64,000 nucleotides of DNA from Nitrospirota bacterium. Lineage in GTDB: Bacteria > Nitrospirota > UBA9217. The translations under genes and the position numbers were made by a program. Shown here in pieces: positions 12,036 to 23,413 of the stretch (the stretch's first letter is position 1; each line of letters starts with the position of its first letter). The notes below the pieces were generated by a model. That model was not told where the DNA came from and did no database searches. It saw only the letters and a program-made list of their open reading frames with translations. Location: positions 1,664,001 through 1,728,000 of the forward strand of contig CAWCKW010000012.1 of assembly GCA_963796285.1 (NCBI GenBank), given 5' to 3'.

Positions 12036-12606
12036 TTGAAGATCATCGCATTCAACGGCAGCCCGCGTCCTGGCGGGAACACCGAGGTCCTGCTCGCCGA
12101 GGCGCTCAAACCCCTCCGGGAGGCGGGCCACGAAATCACGGTATTCAACCTGAACGGCATGGTCTTCAAACCCTGCCAGGACTGCGGCGGCTGCTTTACG
12201 ACCGGTCATCTGTATTCACAATGATGCGATGACCGGGATCTACGCCGCGATCAGAGAGGCTGACAGGATCATTCTCGCCTCCCCTATTTTTTTCTACAGC
12301 CTGAGCGCCCAGGCCAAGGCCATGGTGGACCGGTGCCAGGCGTTCTGGTGCGAGAAATATCTCCTCAAAAAGATCATCCCTGCGGGCCCTCATGGAAGAA
12401 AAGGCCTGCTCCTGCTCGTGGGCGGCATGAAAAAAGACGACGGCAAGAACTGCGCCGGGGCCGTGGCAAAGGGTTTTTTCAGGACCGTGAGCGTGCCCGA
12501 GCACGAGACGCTGTTCTTCGGCGGCGTCGATGCCAAGGGTGATATAGAGAAACATCCAACGGCGCTGAAAGAGGCTGCTGATGCGGGAAAGCGGCTGGGC
12601 GAGTAA
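12036..12606 (+). CDS. Flavodoxin-like iron-sulfur flavoprotein / NADPH-dependent FMN reductase (indel near 12210)
   Basis: GSPRPGGNT, CQDCGGC, ADRIILASPIFFY. Confidence 0.85.
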
Positions 12607-12640
12607 AAAAGGGCCGGCATGCAATGATCCATGCCGGCCC
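12605..12640 (-). terminator. Intrinsic terminator after glnK1
   Basis: GGGCCGGCATG/CATGCCGGCCC stem followed by a U-tract on the minus strand. Confidence 0.8.
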
Positions 12641-12663
12641 CGGGGAGGATGAACAACAAACTG

Positions 12664-13068
<405 letters not shown>

Positions 13069-13110
13069 CTAAGCGTCTTCCCTTACACATGTACGCTCTC
13101 TGACTCGCAC

Positions 13111-14480
13111 TTACGAATTATACGCCCGCTCACCGTGTTCGCTCTCATCGAGACCGATGGTCTCTTCCTCAGCACCGACCCGCAGACCGACGACCGCCTT
13201 GATGATCATGAAAATAATAAAGGTCATGACTCCGCTGTATACCAAAGTCACCGCCACCGCGATGATTTGTGTCCAGAGCTGGCCGGGGTTGCCGTACAGA
13301 AGGCCCTTGCCTGCCTCATTGATCGCCGGGATCGGCGAACACGCCGGTCAGGATCGCGCCTATGGTCCCGCCGATACCGTGAATGCCGAATGCATCGAGC
13401 GTATCATCGTAGCCGAACATTGGTTTGAGCTTCGCCACCGCGTAGAAGGGGATCACACCTGCCGCAATTCCGATACAGATCGCACCGCCGACATTCACGA
13501 ACCCTGCCGCCGGGGTTATGGCCACCAGTCCGCCTACCGCGCCTGACGCCAAGTCCAAGCACGGTGGGCTTGCCGGAATGCATCCATTCAACGAACAACC
13601 AGGCGAGTGCCGCCATTGCCGCGGCCGTGTTGGTATTGATGAACGCCGCGCCTGCGAGGCCGTTAGCCGCCAGCGCTGAGCCCGCGTTGAACCCGAACCA
13701 GCCGAACCACAGGAGGCCCGCGCCGATGACGACAAGGGTCAGGTTGCCCGGGATGATCGCCTTGGCCCGCCGCTTACCGAGGACCAAGGCGCCCACGAGC
13801 GCCGCGATACCCGCGTTGATATGGACGACCGTTCCGCCCGCGAAGTCCAGTGCGCCGAGCTTTGCCAGGAAGCCGTTCCCCCAGACCCAGTGCGCGACCG
13901 GAAGATACACGATGGTCACCCAAAGGACGGAGAAGATGATCCAGGCGGAGAACTTCATGCGTTCTATGTAGGCGCCGCTCGCCAGGGCCACCGTGATGGC
14001 GGCAAAGGTGAGCTGGTACGCGATGAAGATATACTCGGGGATCGTCTTGGCCAGGTCGGAAATGCTGTTCGGCCCTACGCCTTTCAGAAAGAGTTTTGAC
14101 GCGGTGCCGATCACGCCCCTGACGTCCTCACCAAAGGCAAAGGTATAGCCATAAAGGACCCAGAGCACGCTCACGATGCAGAAGGTCACGAAGGTCATCG
14201 CCATCGTATTCAGCGTATCCTTGGTCTTGGATAGTCCTCCGTAAAACAGCGCCAGGCCCGGTATGGACATCAGCATGACCAGCGCGGTGGCCACGATCAT
14301 CCATGCCGTGTCTCCCGTGTCGATCTTGGGCGCAGGGGCCGGTGTCGCAGGGGCCGCGGCAGTTGCGGCCGGCCCGGGTGATCCCGCCTCTTCGGCCATA
14401 ACTAGTGCCGGTGAGAGAATCGCTGCCAGCATGAGACACATCATGACTGCTGCCATAGATTTCATCAATGCTACTTTCAT
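13111..14480 (-). CDS. amtB: Ammonium transporter 2 (indels near 13550 and 13320)
   Basis: [40 protein letters not shown], ...HGERAYNS*. Confidence 0.92.
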
Positions 14481-14532
14481 GGTTCTATCCTCCCTTTTTG
14501 CAGCTTGTTGATTTATTCTACGTGTGATAATT

Positions 14533-14548
14533 TGCAAGGCATATGCCA
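14533..14548 (-). promoter_or_regulatory. sigma54 promoter of amtB2-glnK
   Basis: TGGCATATGCCTTGCA. Confidence 0.85.
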
Positions 14549-14654
14549 AAAAACAAGGCGCTTGTTTATATTATAATCATGTTGATTTTATTAAACGATT
14601 TTAGAATGGATCAGGTAGGCAATTTCGGGGATGCCGCTTTGCGGGTAATTGATG

Positions 14655-14690
14655 AGATGATTATTTAAGCATCTGAACAAAAGATGTGCA
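14655..14690. promoter_or_regulatory. Tandem 17-bp NtrC-like boxes (amtB2)
   Basis: AGATGATTATTTAAGCA and TGAACAAAAGATGTGCA at a 19-bp period. Confidence 0.6.
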
Positions 14691-15117
14691 TTGTTCAGTC
14701 ACAAAACTACCCTTTCTGACATTATCAGGGAGTGAAACGAAAAAACAATCTCTGGGTTCCGGAGGCTGAAAATCGGGAGATAGCTTTGTTTTCAACAGGA
14801 ACGGACAGCTAATTTCGATTGTAAAAGAGAATGAGGAGAATTAAACAAGTTGGCGAATCTCGAGCAGGGAACCGGTTATGTCGTTTGTACGCATGGCCCT
14901 CGGAATAACTGGATTAGGTGACAGGAGCAACAAACTCGAAAAAAATCATGATCTAACCGCTGGAGACGCAGAGACGCGGAGAAATACATATTGAAAACCA
15001 TAAGGATTTTATCTCTGCGCCTCTGTTTATGGCCGCGTTTTGGCTTGTCCCCGCGCTATCGCAAGAGCAGGGGGCAACAGCAGGCTACGTCTCCGCGGTA
15101 TAAATTTATTGCTTCTA

Positions 15118-15501
15118 TCAATCCTCAACGATGATCTTGCCTGTCATCCCTTCATGGCCGTCCCCGCAGAAAAGATCGCAGTGAAATTCGTAGGTGCCCG
15201 ACTTCGGCGCCAGGATGGTCACCCTGTTCGCCTTTCCCGGTTCAATGGTCAGACGAATGCCCCCAAGGTCAGGGACGGTGAAGCCATGGACCCTGTCAAG
15301 AGAGGTGAACTCGAAGACCACCGGAACTCCGGTCTTGATCCTGATCTCGTTCGGTGAATACTCGAACTTTTTCGCCGTGATCTTGATTACCTGCGCCGGC
15401 GCTGCCTGATCAGCGGCAGCTGCAAGGGCGGCAGAAACGATCAGCATGCAGAGAGCAACCAGGACGATGGACCTCTTAGAAGTCAACATGGTATTATCCA
15501 T
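15118..15501 (-). CDS. Secreted cupredoxin (CuA, cytochrome c oxidase subunit II-like domain)
   Basis: Signal peptide; VHGF and CDLFCGDGHEGM (C-x3-C-x3-H-x2-M). Confidence 0.85.
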   Translation of the reverse strand: MDNTMLTSKRSIVLVALCMLIVSAALAAAADQAAPAQVIKITAKKFEYSPNEIRIKTGVPVVFEFTSLDRVHGFTVPDLGGIRLTIEPGKANRVTILAPKSGTYEFHCDLFCGDGHEGMTGKIIVED

Positions 15502-16394
15502 TCTGGACCGGGTATTCCGTTATCGTAAGGTCCGCTTTCTTTGATAGTGACTCAACGCTCCGGTAGCCCAGCCCTTTGTAAGGTGCGGATGCATCCCAGG
15601 GGATCGGTACGCGTTTCGGCAAGGAGCCCGGCGCGGGAAGGGGGAACATCAGGCCTTTGGCCGCGTGATGCGGGATATGACCGGTCATATGGTGGTTCTC
15701 CTGATGGATGTGTCCGTAGAGGACCGTAACATTTTTGTATGGCATGAGCAAGTCGATGGCCTTGGCCCCGTCGCGGGTCCACCAGTCCCAGTTCGGATAG
15801 AGATCAAACAGGGGGCGGTGCGTCAGCACGATGATCCGCGAGTCTTTATCAAGCTTCTTCAGCTTCATCGCCAAGCCATTGCAGCTGCGGGTCAGTGATG
15901 CTCGACGTTGGATCGGACACATTATCGATGACGATGAAATGAACGCCCTTGTGGTCAAACGTGTAGTGGGTCTTGCCGAAATATTCCTGGAATGCCTCGC
16001 CCTTGTCCAGACCGGCATCGTGCTCCCCTGCAAGGAACCTGATGTCCTTGACCTTGAGGCCGCTGATGATATCGCGCGCCTCGGCCATGCGTTTCCTGCG
16101 CTCCTTGGGATCGTCCGTCGTATGGGTGATATCGCCGGTGAATACGACAAAGTCCGGCTGTGTCTTCATGCTGTTCACGGCCGCAATGGCTTTTTTCAGG
16201 GTACCCGCAAAATCGGGGTTCACCTTCGGGTCGCTGAAACCCCAGTGAGTATCGGACAGCTGGACGAACATGAAATCATCCTTGCCCGCTGCCATGTCCA
16301 CAGCACCTGCCTTGCCGCCCTGCCCCAGAACAAGAACGGCACTGCCCATACCAAGCAACTTGAGAAAATCACGTCTGTCGATGTTCATAGTCAT
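15494..16394 (-). CDS. Tat-exported metallophosphoesterase (indel near 15870)
   Basis: RRDFLK Tat motif; SDTH, FTGD, GEHD, LTHRP, GHIH. Confidence 0.88.
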
Positions 16395-16421
16395 CTCCTT
16401 ATATGTGAGTTAAAATATTTA

Positions 16422-16601
16422 TTACAGCTGTCCTGCCTGTACCAGGCTGATCCTGAGCATGGAGCCCGCCAAAAGCACCAGCACGGCAGCCAGCCTTGCC
16501 ATGCTGTCATTCGCAGCGCCGGATGCGGCGCGGCGCCAGGTAATCCAGAGCGGCATCAGGACACCGAGCAACACCATACCGCCGAGGAACATGACGCCAC
16601 T
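16422..16601 (-). pseudogene. C-terminal remnant of an NrfD/PsrC-type membrane anchor
   Basis: No start codon or RBS at the junction; SGVMFLGGMVLLGVLMPLW...LAAVLVLLAGSMLRISLVQAGQL* resembles the NrfD C-terminal 'LxGxxxLR...AGQ' signature. Confidence 0.65.
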
Positions 16602-16602
16602 G

Positions 16603-17530
16603 TCAGTGTGACCTCCCGGGGTGGAAAAACAGGTTCGGACCGCCTCGTGTCTTGCCCGCTTCGTCCATCAACATGTCGAGGCTAAGGGTGGCCAGGTCAT
16701 CTGCCAGTCGCTTCCATCTGAGCGTCTTTTCCCAGGTACAACAGCTTCAGGTAGAAGTTGCAGCCTCCGCAACTCTCCGCCTTGACCGCGCCGTTCGAGC
16801 CTTCCAGGATATGGTAGTCGATCCCGTGGGTGGATTCGCAGGTACTGCATTTGAGCCGTACCATGTGCCACTGTGAGGCGCAGAGCGAGCAGGAAAGGTA
16901 ACGCAAGCCCTGCTCTGCCCCACCGCTGCGAACGATGCCGGCGCTCGGGTGTGAACCACAGACCGGGCACAACCCGCCTTGCTCCAGCCTGCCGAACGCA
17001 TCTTCTCCCAAAGATGACGCCATCTGCACCCAGTAGACCTGCAGGGCGGCGGCGACAAAGGGCAGTTCCTGCGGAGAAACAACGGCCAAATCTCCCGATA
17101 CGATCCTGTCTGCCGTCTCCTCCAATCCGGTGTCACTCGTCTGCAGCAAGCCGGATACGGTCTCACGTGCAGCGGGCGGAAGAGCGGCCTCGTTCATCTG
17201 CTGAAGAATCATTTTGAGTCCAGCTCGCCAGGCCGGGTTTCGGGGCCAGGCCCGGGCGGCTAAAAGCGGCGCGCCTTGCTCGCGGCAGCGCGCCTGTTCA
17301 TTGAGATCAGGCAGAGACAGCGTGGGGAATTGGTTCAAGACCGATTGCTGCGCGTCCGCGAGGAGCGCCAGAAAGGCCAGATAATCTCCCAGTGGACGAC
17401 TTGGAGAAAGGAACCGTAGACGCTCGGCGCGGCGGCTGAACAAATCCCTTTTCGGGAGAAAGAGAAAGCGAATCTCTCCCATGGGGGGTTCCAGCTGACC
17501 AGGCTCAAGAATGCGGGCCTCTGAGTTCAT
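16603..17530 (-). CDS. fdhE: Formate dehydrogenase accessory protein FdhE (indel near 16705)
   Basis: CPVCGS, RYLSCSLCASQWHMVRLKCSTC, ESCGGCNFYLK, ADDLATLSLD. Confidence 0.9.
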
Positions 17531-18159
17531 TTTCTCCCTCCGGTCATCTCCCGGTACCATGCCGGATGATGCTGTTTCGCCCAGGGGCGCCTGACGTAGC
17601 CGTACAGCATGGCAGCGATGCTCTCCTTCATCCAGATGGCTGCATAGATATGGAAGATGATCAGGCCGATTATGATTGCCCCGGCAGCCGCGTGAACGAC
17701 TGAAGCGAAGCGGATGAGCCCGACCGGGAACAGGAACGAGAAATAGGCGCGCCACATGACAATGCCGGACAGGATGAGCACGGCCATGGAGATAGACAGC
17801 GCCCAGAACAGGAGCTTCTGGCCGCCGTTGAACTTGCCGGCTTCCGGCATGTTCCGGTCATCACCGCCCACCAGATCGCGCACATGGTTTACCCATTCCC
17901 AATCGGTCGGAGTCATGACATTCAACTGCCGGTAATTGAAGTACTCGATGCCGAAGGAAATCGCCATCAGCACTCCGATGAAGGGATGGAGGATGCGCGT
18001 CCACGTGCCGCCGCCGAACAACTGGCTCAGGGGAAAGAAGGCCGGATGAAAGAACGAGAGCCCGGACAGCGCAAGCAGGACGAAGGTTACCGCCGTCAGC
18101 CAATGATTGGCGCGCTCAGAAGGGGTATACCGGAGTATTTTATTCGGGTTATTTTTCAT
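17527..18159 (-). CDS. fdnI: Formate dehydrogenase gamma subunit (cytochrome b556)
   Basis: ERANHW, RILHPFIG, GKFNGGQK, HIYAAIW, WAKQHHPAW. Confidence 0.93.
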   Translation of the reverse strand: MKNNPNKILRYTPSERANHWLTAVTFVLLALSGLSFFHPAFFPLSQLFGGGTWTRILHPFIGVLMAISFGIEYFNYRQLNVMTPTDWEWVNHVRDLVGGDDRNMPEAGKFNGGQKLLFWALSISMAVLILSGIVMWRAYFSFLFPVGLIRFASVVHAAAGAIIIGLIIFHIYAAIWMKESIAAMLYGYVRRPWAKQHHPAWYREMTGGRK

Positions 18160-19032
18160 TTTTAAACTCCTTCTCGATCTCATCGGAGACCTCGTTGGGG
18201 CCCTTGGTCACATAATGGACAAAGGCGCCGAGTACGCCCGCTGCGAGAGCAAAGGTGGCCAGTGGCTTAACGCCGTCCTTCCAGAGAGATACCATTGCGC
18301 TGATCGAGGGGTCCTTAGGAAGACCGTTGTAGATCTCCGGCTTGTCGGCATGCTGGAGCACATACATCACGTGCGTGCCGCCGACGCCCTTGCGGGTTAT
18401 AGATCCCTGCCTTGTCGAATCCCCGGCTTTTGAGATCGACTGATCCGCTCTTCCGCATGCTGGAGCATATCCTCCTTCGTGCCGAATACGATCGCTCCGG
18501 TGGGGCAGGTCTTGACGCAGGCCGGCTCCAGGCCCACTGCCACCCGGTCGGAGCAGAGGGTGCACTTGTAGACCTTGCTGTCCTTCTTCGAAAGGCGGGG
18601 GATGTTGAACGGACATCCGGTGATGCAGTAGCCGCAGCCGATGCAGTTCTCCTCGTGGAAATCCACGATGCCGTTGCTGTACTGCACGATGGCGCCCGGC
18701 GCGGGGCAGGCCTTGAGGCAGCCCGGATCGGCGCAGTGCATGCAGCCGTCCTTGCGGATCAGCCACTCCAGGCCCCGGTCGGTTTTCACTTCGGTATAGC
18801 GCATCACCGTCCAGGAGTTTTCGGTCAGGTCCATCGGGTTGTCGTAAACACCGTGGTTCGTGCCGATGGCGTCGCGGGTGTCGTTCCACTCCATGCACGC
18901 CACCTGGCAGGCCTTGCAGCCGATGCATTTCGAGACGTCGATCAGCTTCACCACTTCCGGGGTCTGGCGCTGTCCCGGCGAAGGGGTGGTGGTGGCGGAA
19001 CGGCGGATGATGTCAAGCGATTGAAGTGCCAT
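18149..19032 (-). CDS. fdnH: Formate dehydrogenase beta (Fe-S) subunit (indels near 18400-18430)
   Basis: [48 protein letters not shown] tail. Confidence 0.93.
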
Positions 19033-19042
19033 GGTCCACCTC

Positions 19043-22000
19043 CTATGCCTTCTCGATGTTGACGAGGAAGGATTTGAACTCCGGCGTCTGCACGTTGGCA
19101 TCGCCCACGAACGGGGTCAGGGTGTTGGCGATGTAGCCGTTCTTGGCTACGCCCTTGAAACCCCAGTGGATCGGGATGCCCACGTGATGCACGGTCTTGC
19201 CGTTCACCTGAAGCGCCATAAGCCGCTTGGTCACGACCGCCTTTGCCTTGACAAAGCCCCGCATGGACCACACCTTGACGAGGTCGCCGTGCTTGATGCC
19301 CTTCTCTTTCGCCAGCTCCTCGCCGATCTCCACGAACTGCTCGGGCTGCAGGATGGAGGAGAGCTGCGTATGCTTCGTCCAGAAGTGGAAGTGCTCGGTC
19401 AGGCGGTACGTGGTGGCCGCATAGGGATAGTCCTTGCTCTTGCCGAAGCATTTCCAGATCGTCCTTGAACACCCGCGCAGCCGGGTTGCTGATCACCTTG
19501 GGATGGAGCGGGTTCGTGTCGATGGGCGTTTCGAAGGGCTCGTAATGCTCGGAGAACGGGCCTTCCGCCATCTTGTCCACGGCGAACAGCCGCGCCACGC
19601 CTTCGGGGTTCATGATGAAGGGGTTCATGGGATCGCCGGGCGCGGACATCCGGTTTGAAGTCGGGCACGTCCACGCCGGTCCATGCGGTTCCGTTCCAGC
19701 TGATAAGCTTGCGCTTCGGGTCCCAGGGTTTTCCGGACGGGTCGTTCGAGGCGCGGTTGTACAGGATGCGCCGGTTGGCAGGCCAGGAGAACGCCCAGTT
19801 CAGCGTGTTGCCGAGGCCCGAGGGATCGGAATTGTCCCGCCGCGCCATCATGTTGCCCTTCTCTGTCCAGGAGCCGGAGAACAGCCAGCAGCCGCAGCTG
19901 GTGGTGCCGTCGTCCTTGAGCTGGGCGAAGCCGTCCAGCTGCTGGCCTTTCTTTACCAGAACCTTGGTCTTGTCCTTGGGATCGGTAACGTCCTCCAGGG
20001 CCTTGCCGTTGTATTCCATCGCCAAGTTCCTCCGGCGCCGGCGCGTGCGGGATCTTGTAGTTCCAGGTAAGGTTCAGGATCGGGTCAGGGAACGCGCCCC
20101 CCTCCTTTTTGTAAAGCTCGCGCAGCTTGAGGAAGATGCCGGCGATGATGTCGGCATCGGGCTTGGCTTCTCCCGGCGGATTGGCGCCCTTGTAGTGCCA
20201 TTGCAGCCAGCGGCCGCTGTTCGTGAGCGACCCGTTCTCCTCGGCGAAGCAGGTGGAGGGAAGCCGGAAGACCTCGGTCTGGATCTTGGCGGGGTCCACG
20301 TTGTTGTGCTCGCCGTGGTTTTCCCAGAAGCACGAGGTTTCCGTTGCCAGAGGATCGATCACGACCAGATATTTGAGCTTGGCCAGGGACCCGCCGACCT
20401 TTGCCTTGCAGGGGAAGGCGGCGAGCGGGTTGAAGCCCTGACAGAAGTAGCCGTTCACCTTCCCCTGATTCATCAACTCGAAGGTCTGGAGCACGTCGTA
20501 TCCCTTGTCCAGCTTCGGCAGCCAGTCAAAGCACCAGTTGTTCTTTTTCGTCGCGGCATCGCCGAACCAGGCCTTCATCAGGCTGACATGGAACTTCCCG
20601 TAATTCTGCCAGTAGGACATCTGGCCCGGCCGCAGGGGCTTGAAGGCCCGCTTGTTGATGTAGGTCTGGTAGTCCGTCTCCTTGTCGCCCGGCAGGGTGA
20701 GGTAGCCCGGCAGCAGGTTGGACAGAAGACCCAGGTCGGTGAGGCCCTGGATATTGGAGTGGCCCCGCAGGGCGTTCATCCCGCCGCCTGCCATGCCGAT
20801 GTTGCCGAGCAGGAGCTGCATCATGGCCGCGGTGCGGATCATCTGCGAGCCCACCGAGTGCTGGGTCCAGCCCAGGGCGTACATGATGGTGAGCGTCCTG
20901 TCCGGCACGGACGTGGTGGCGATGGTCTCGGCACACCTTGAGGAAGGTCTCCTTGGGCGTGCCGCAGATATTGCTCACCGCCTCGGCGTGTACCGGGAAT
21001 AGTGCTTCTTGAGCAGTTGGAACACGCATCGGGGATGGTTCAGGGTCGGGTCGACCTTGGCAAAGCCGTCGGCGCCCATTTCGTACATCCAGCTGGCTTT
21101 ATCGTAGGAGCGTTTTGCCGCGTTGTATCCGGAGAACAGGCCGTCATCGAAATGGTAATCCTCGCGCACGATGAAGCTTGCGTCCGTGTAGGCCTTGACG
21201 TATTCGTGCTGGATCTTGTCGTGACGTGAGGAGGTAATTGACCAGCCCGCCCAGGAAAGCGATGTCCGTGCCGGTGCGGAGCGGCGCATAGAGGTCCGCC
21301 ACCGCTGCCGAACGGGTGAAGCGGGGGTCCACCACGATGAATGTGGCGTTGTTGTGGGCCTTGGCCTCGGTCACCCATTTGAAGCCGCAGGGGTGGGCCT
21401 CGGCGGCGTTCCCGCCCATGACGAGGATGACGTTGGCGTTCTTGATGTCAACCCAGTGGTTGGTCATCGCGCCGCGGCCGAACGTAGGGGCCAGACTGGC
21501 CACCGTGGGGCCGTGTCAGACCCGTGCCTGATTGTCGAATGCAAGTATGCCGGTGCTGCGGACCGCCTTGTGGGTGATGTAGCCGGTTTCGTTGCTGGAA
21601 GCGGAGGCCGCAAGGAATCCCGTGGTCAGCCAGCGGTTGACCGTGGCGCCGTCCGCGTTTTTGACAATGAAGTTCTTGTCCCGGTCGTCCTTCATCAGCC
21701 GGGCAATCTTGCTGAATGCCTCGTCCCAGGAAATGCGCTTCCATTCATTCGTCCCGGGGGCGCGGTATTCCGGATACTTGAGCCGGTTCGGGCTGTGAAT
21801 GAAGTCCACCAGCCCAGCGCCCTTCGGGCACAGGGTGCCGCGGTTCACCGGATGGTCCGGGTCGCCTTCGATGTGGAAGATGGACGACTCGGCGTTTTTC
21901 GCCTTGTCCCCCAGGCTGTGCATGATCAAGCCGCAGCTCACCGAGCAGTAGGGGCAGGTATTGCGGGTCTCGGTACTGCGGGTCAGCTTGAACTCGCGCA

Positions 22001-22102
22001 CCTCCGCCAGCGCATCGCCGGGCGAAAAGCCAAGGGCCGCAACACTGGAAGCTCCCAGTCCGCGGCAGAAACCTTGAAAAACTGTCTCCGTGTCACCTGC
22101 AT
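19043..22102 (-). CDS. fdnG: Selenocysteine formate dehydrogenase-N alpha subunit (several indels)
   Basis: [10 protein letters not shown] Tat signal, [61 protein letters not shown]. Confidence 0.93.
21478..21518 (-). other. Sec UGA codon (21516-21518) and bacterial SECIS of fdnG
   Basis: In-frame TGA at the canonical FdnG Sec position, followed by a GGCCA-GUC-UGGCC hairpin resembling the E. coli fdnG SECIS. Confidence 0.9.
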
Positions 22103-22119
22103 TTTTATACCTCCATGGT

Positions 22120-22299
22120 TTATATAGATGGCAATGTAGGACAGACGGTCGGCATCAGTTTGCCGGATTTTATCGGAACCCTTTGCACCCTGGCCTGCAC
22201 CCTGTTGGTGTTCGCGCCTAAGCCCGTGGCCTCTGCTGCAACAGCTGCGGTGATGGATCCTGACGTTATTTTTATGAACTGTCGTCGGGTGACTTCCAT
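22120..22299 (-). pseudogene. N-terminal remnant of a second Tat-exported FDH/molybdopterin oxidoreductase alpha subunit
   Basis: MEVTRRQFIKITSG...KSGKLMPTVCP, then a stop just where the first Fe-S motif (CPYC) would begin. Confidence 0.65.
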
Positions 22300-22381
22300 G
22301 ATGTGCTCTGGACTTCCCTTTCTCAATACGACTTTCGCACCTGAGTGGATGGGGGAAAAAGAAAAAAGCTCACGTAATGAA

Positions 22382-22410
22382 AGGTTAGCACTCCGATCAG
22401 GTGTTGTCAA
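22382..22410 (-). promoter_or_regulatory. sigma70 promoter of the fdh locus
   Basis: TTGACA-N17-TAACCT with an extended TG. Confidence 0.6.
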
Positions 22411-22428
22411 CCAGGTGAGAATGCCGAA

Positions 22429-22541
22429 CTAGATACTCATCAAAAGGCCGAACAACACGCCTACCTGCGCCCATGCGCTGCTCGATATGCGCGGCTTGTT
22501 TGCAACGATGATATTCGGATAGTTCCCGTGATAAGCGTCCC
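22429..22541 (-). pseudogene. Degenerate duplicate of the DUF1646 gene 3' end
   Basis: PNIIVANKPRISSSAWAQVGVLFGLLM versus PNIIAANKLRISSRAWAKVGVPFGLAM at about 24350-24460. Confidence 0.75.
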
Positions 22542-22719
22542 TTTTTCAGACGCTCAACGACGGTAGTGATCTTCAAAACAAAAGCGAGTTATGGTTCGGT
22601 GGACGCTCCCTGGGTAGATCGAGTGCTAGAAGAATGCTCACACCTATTCATCACATTCATAATCACATCTTCTGCATTTGTATGGCAGAGTTTTTTCAAC
22701 CATCCATGCCCCGCGTCGG

Positions 22720-22750
22720 AAAAAAAGGGCCACCCTGCTTCGGCGGCCCT
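22720..22750 (-). terminator. Intrinsic terminator
   Basis: GGGCC/GGCCC-based stem with a U-tract on the minus strand after the ORF ending at 22768. Confidence 0.55.
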
Positions 22751-22767
22751 TGAAACTATACATTTGG

Positions 22768-23274
22768 CTAATCGTTATCGTGTCTTTCCCTGCCATGACC
22801 TTTTCCACGTCCTGGCCCGTCATTCTTGCCCCTCGGATTGTCCCAATGGCGTTCCTTCTCCCAAGTCCGCCAGTGTCTCTGGACCACGTCGTGAGACATA
22901 CGCTCATGCCCAGGGGGGATACGACGGTATGCGGGCGGCATGTCGATCAGGGCGCGAGGTATACGTCTTGGTCCGATTGCCCGCCATGGCCCGTTATAAC
23001 CTTTAGAGATATACCACCCTCCCCGATGCGGGCGATACCAGAATCCGTGGTAGAAGAAAATATCCACCTGGACATCAGGCGGATAGTATACATACGTCCC
23101 GGGTATCACGACCAGGGCCGGTGGCGCCGGAATTACCAGTCGGGGCAACGGGATATTGATATTGACGTTCACCTCGGCATTACTTGCAATCGGAGTAAAT
23201 ACACTGAACACCAGACACAAGGTGCCTACTCCGAAAGCACTCGATAAAACCCTCAATATTGATCTTTTCTTCAT
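22768..23274 (-). CDS. Secreted Pro/aromatic-rich hypothetical protein with a His/Arg/Gly tail
   Basis: GGAGG RBS, signal peptide, VNVNINIP, PPALVVIPGTYVY, FFYHGFWY, YNGPW. Confidence 0.75.
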   Translation of the reverse strand: MKKRSILRVLSSAFGVGTLCLVFSVFTPIASNAEVNVNINIPLPRLVIPAPPALVVIPGTYVYYPPDVQVDIFFYHGFWYRPHRGGWYISKGYNGPWRAIGPRRIPRALIDMPPAYRRIPPGHERMSHDVVQRHWRTWEKERHWDNPRGKNDGPGRGKGHGRERHDND

Positions 23275-23413
23275 ATGGCCTCCTTTTACGCTCCCTCGTT
23301 CAAACACGAACTTCCCTTTGACGCTCGCTTTACAGTGCTGCGTCCAAGAGAGTCCCCCTATTTTGAGGGAGCGAGATGCAGCACATGGCGAAGACGCTTT
23401 CCTCAAAGGCGTC

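Noticed and set aside
22310-22380. Possible molybdenum-cofactor riboswitch in the fdh leader
   Set aside because: Only one hairpin (CTCAGGTGCGAAAGTCGTATTGAG) is evident, and I could not match the multi-stem Moco consensus. It needs a cmscan check.
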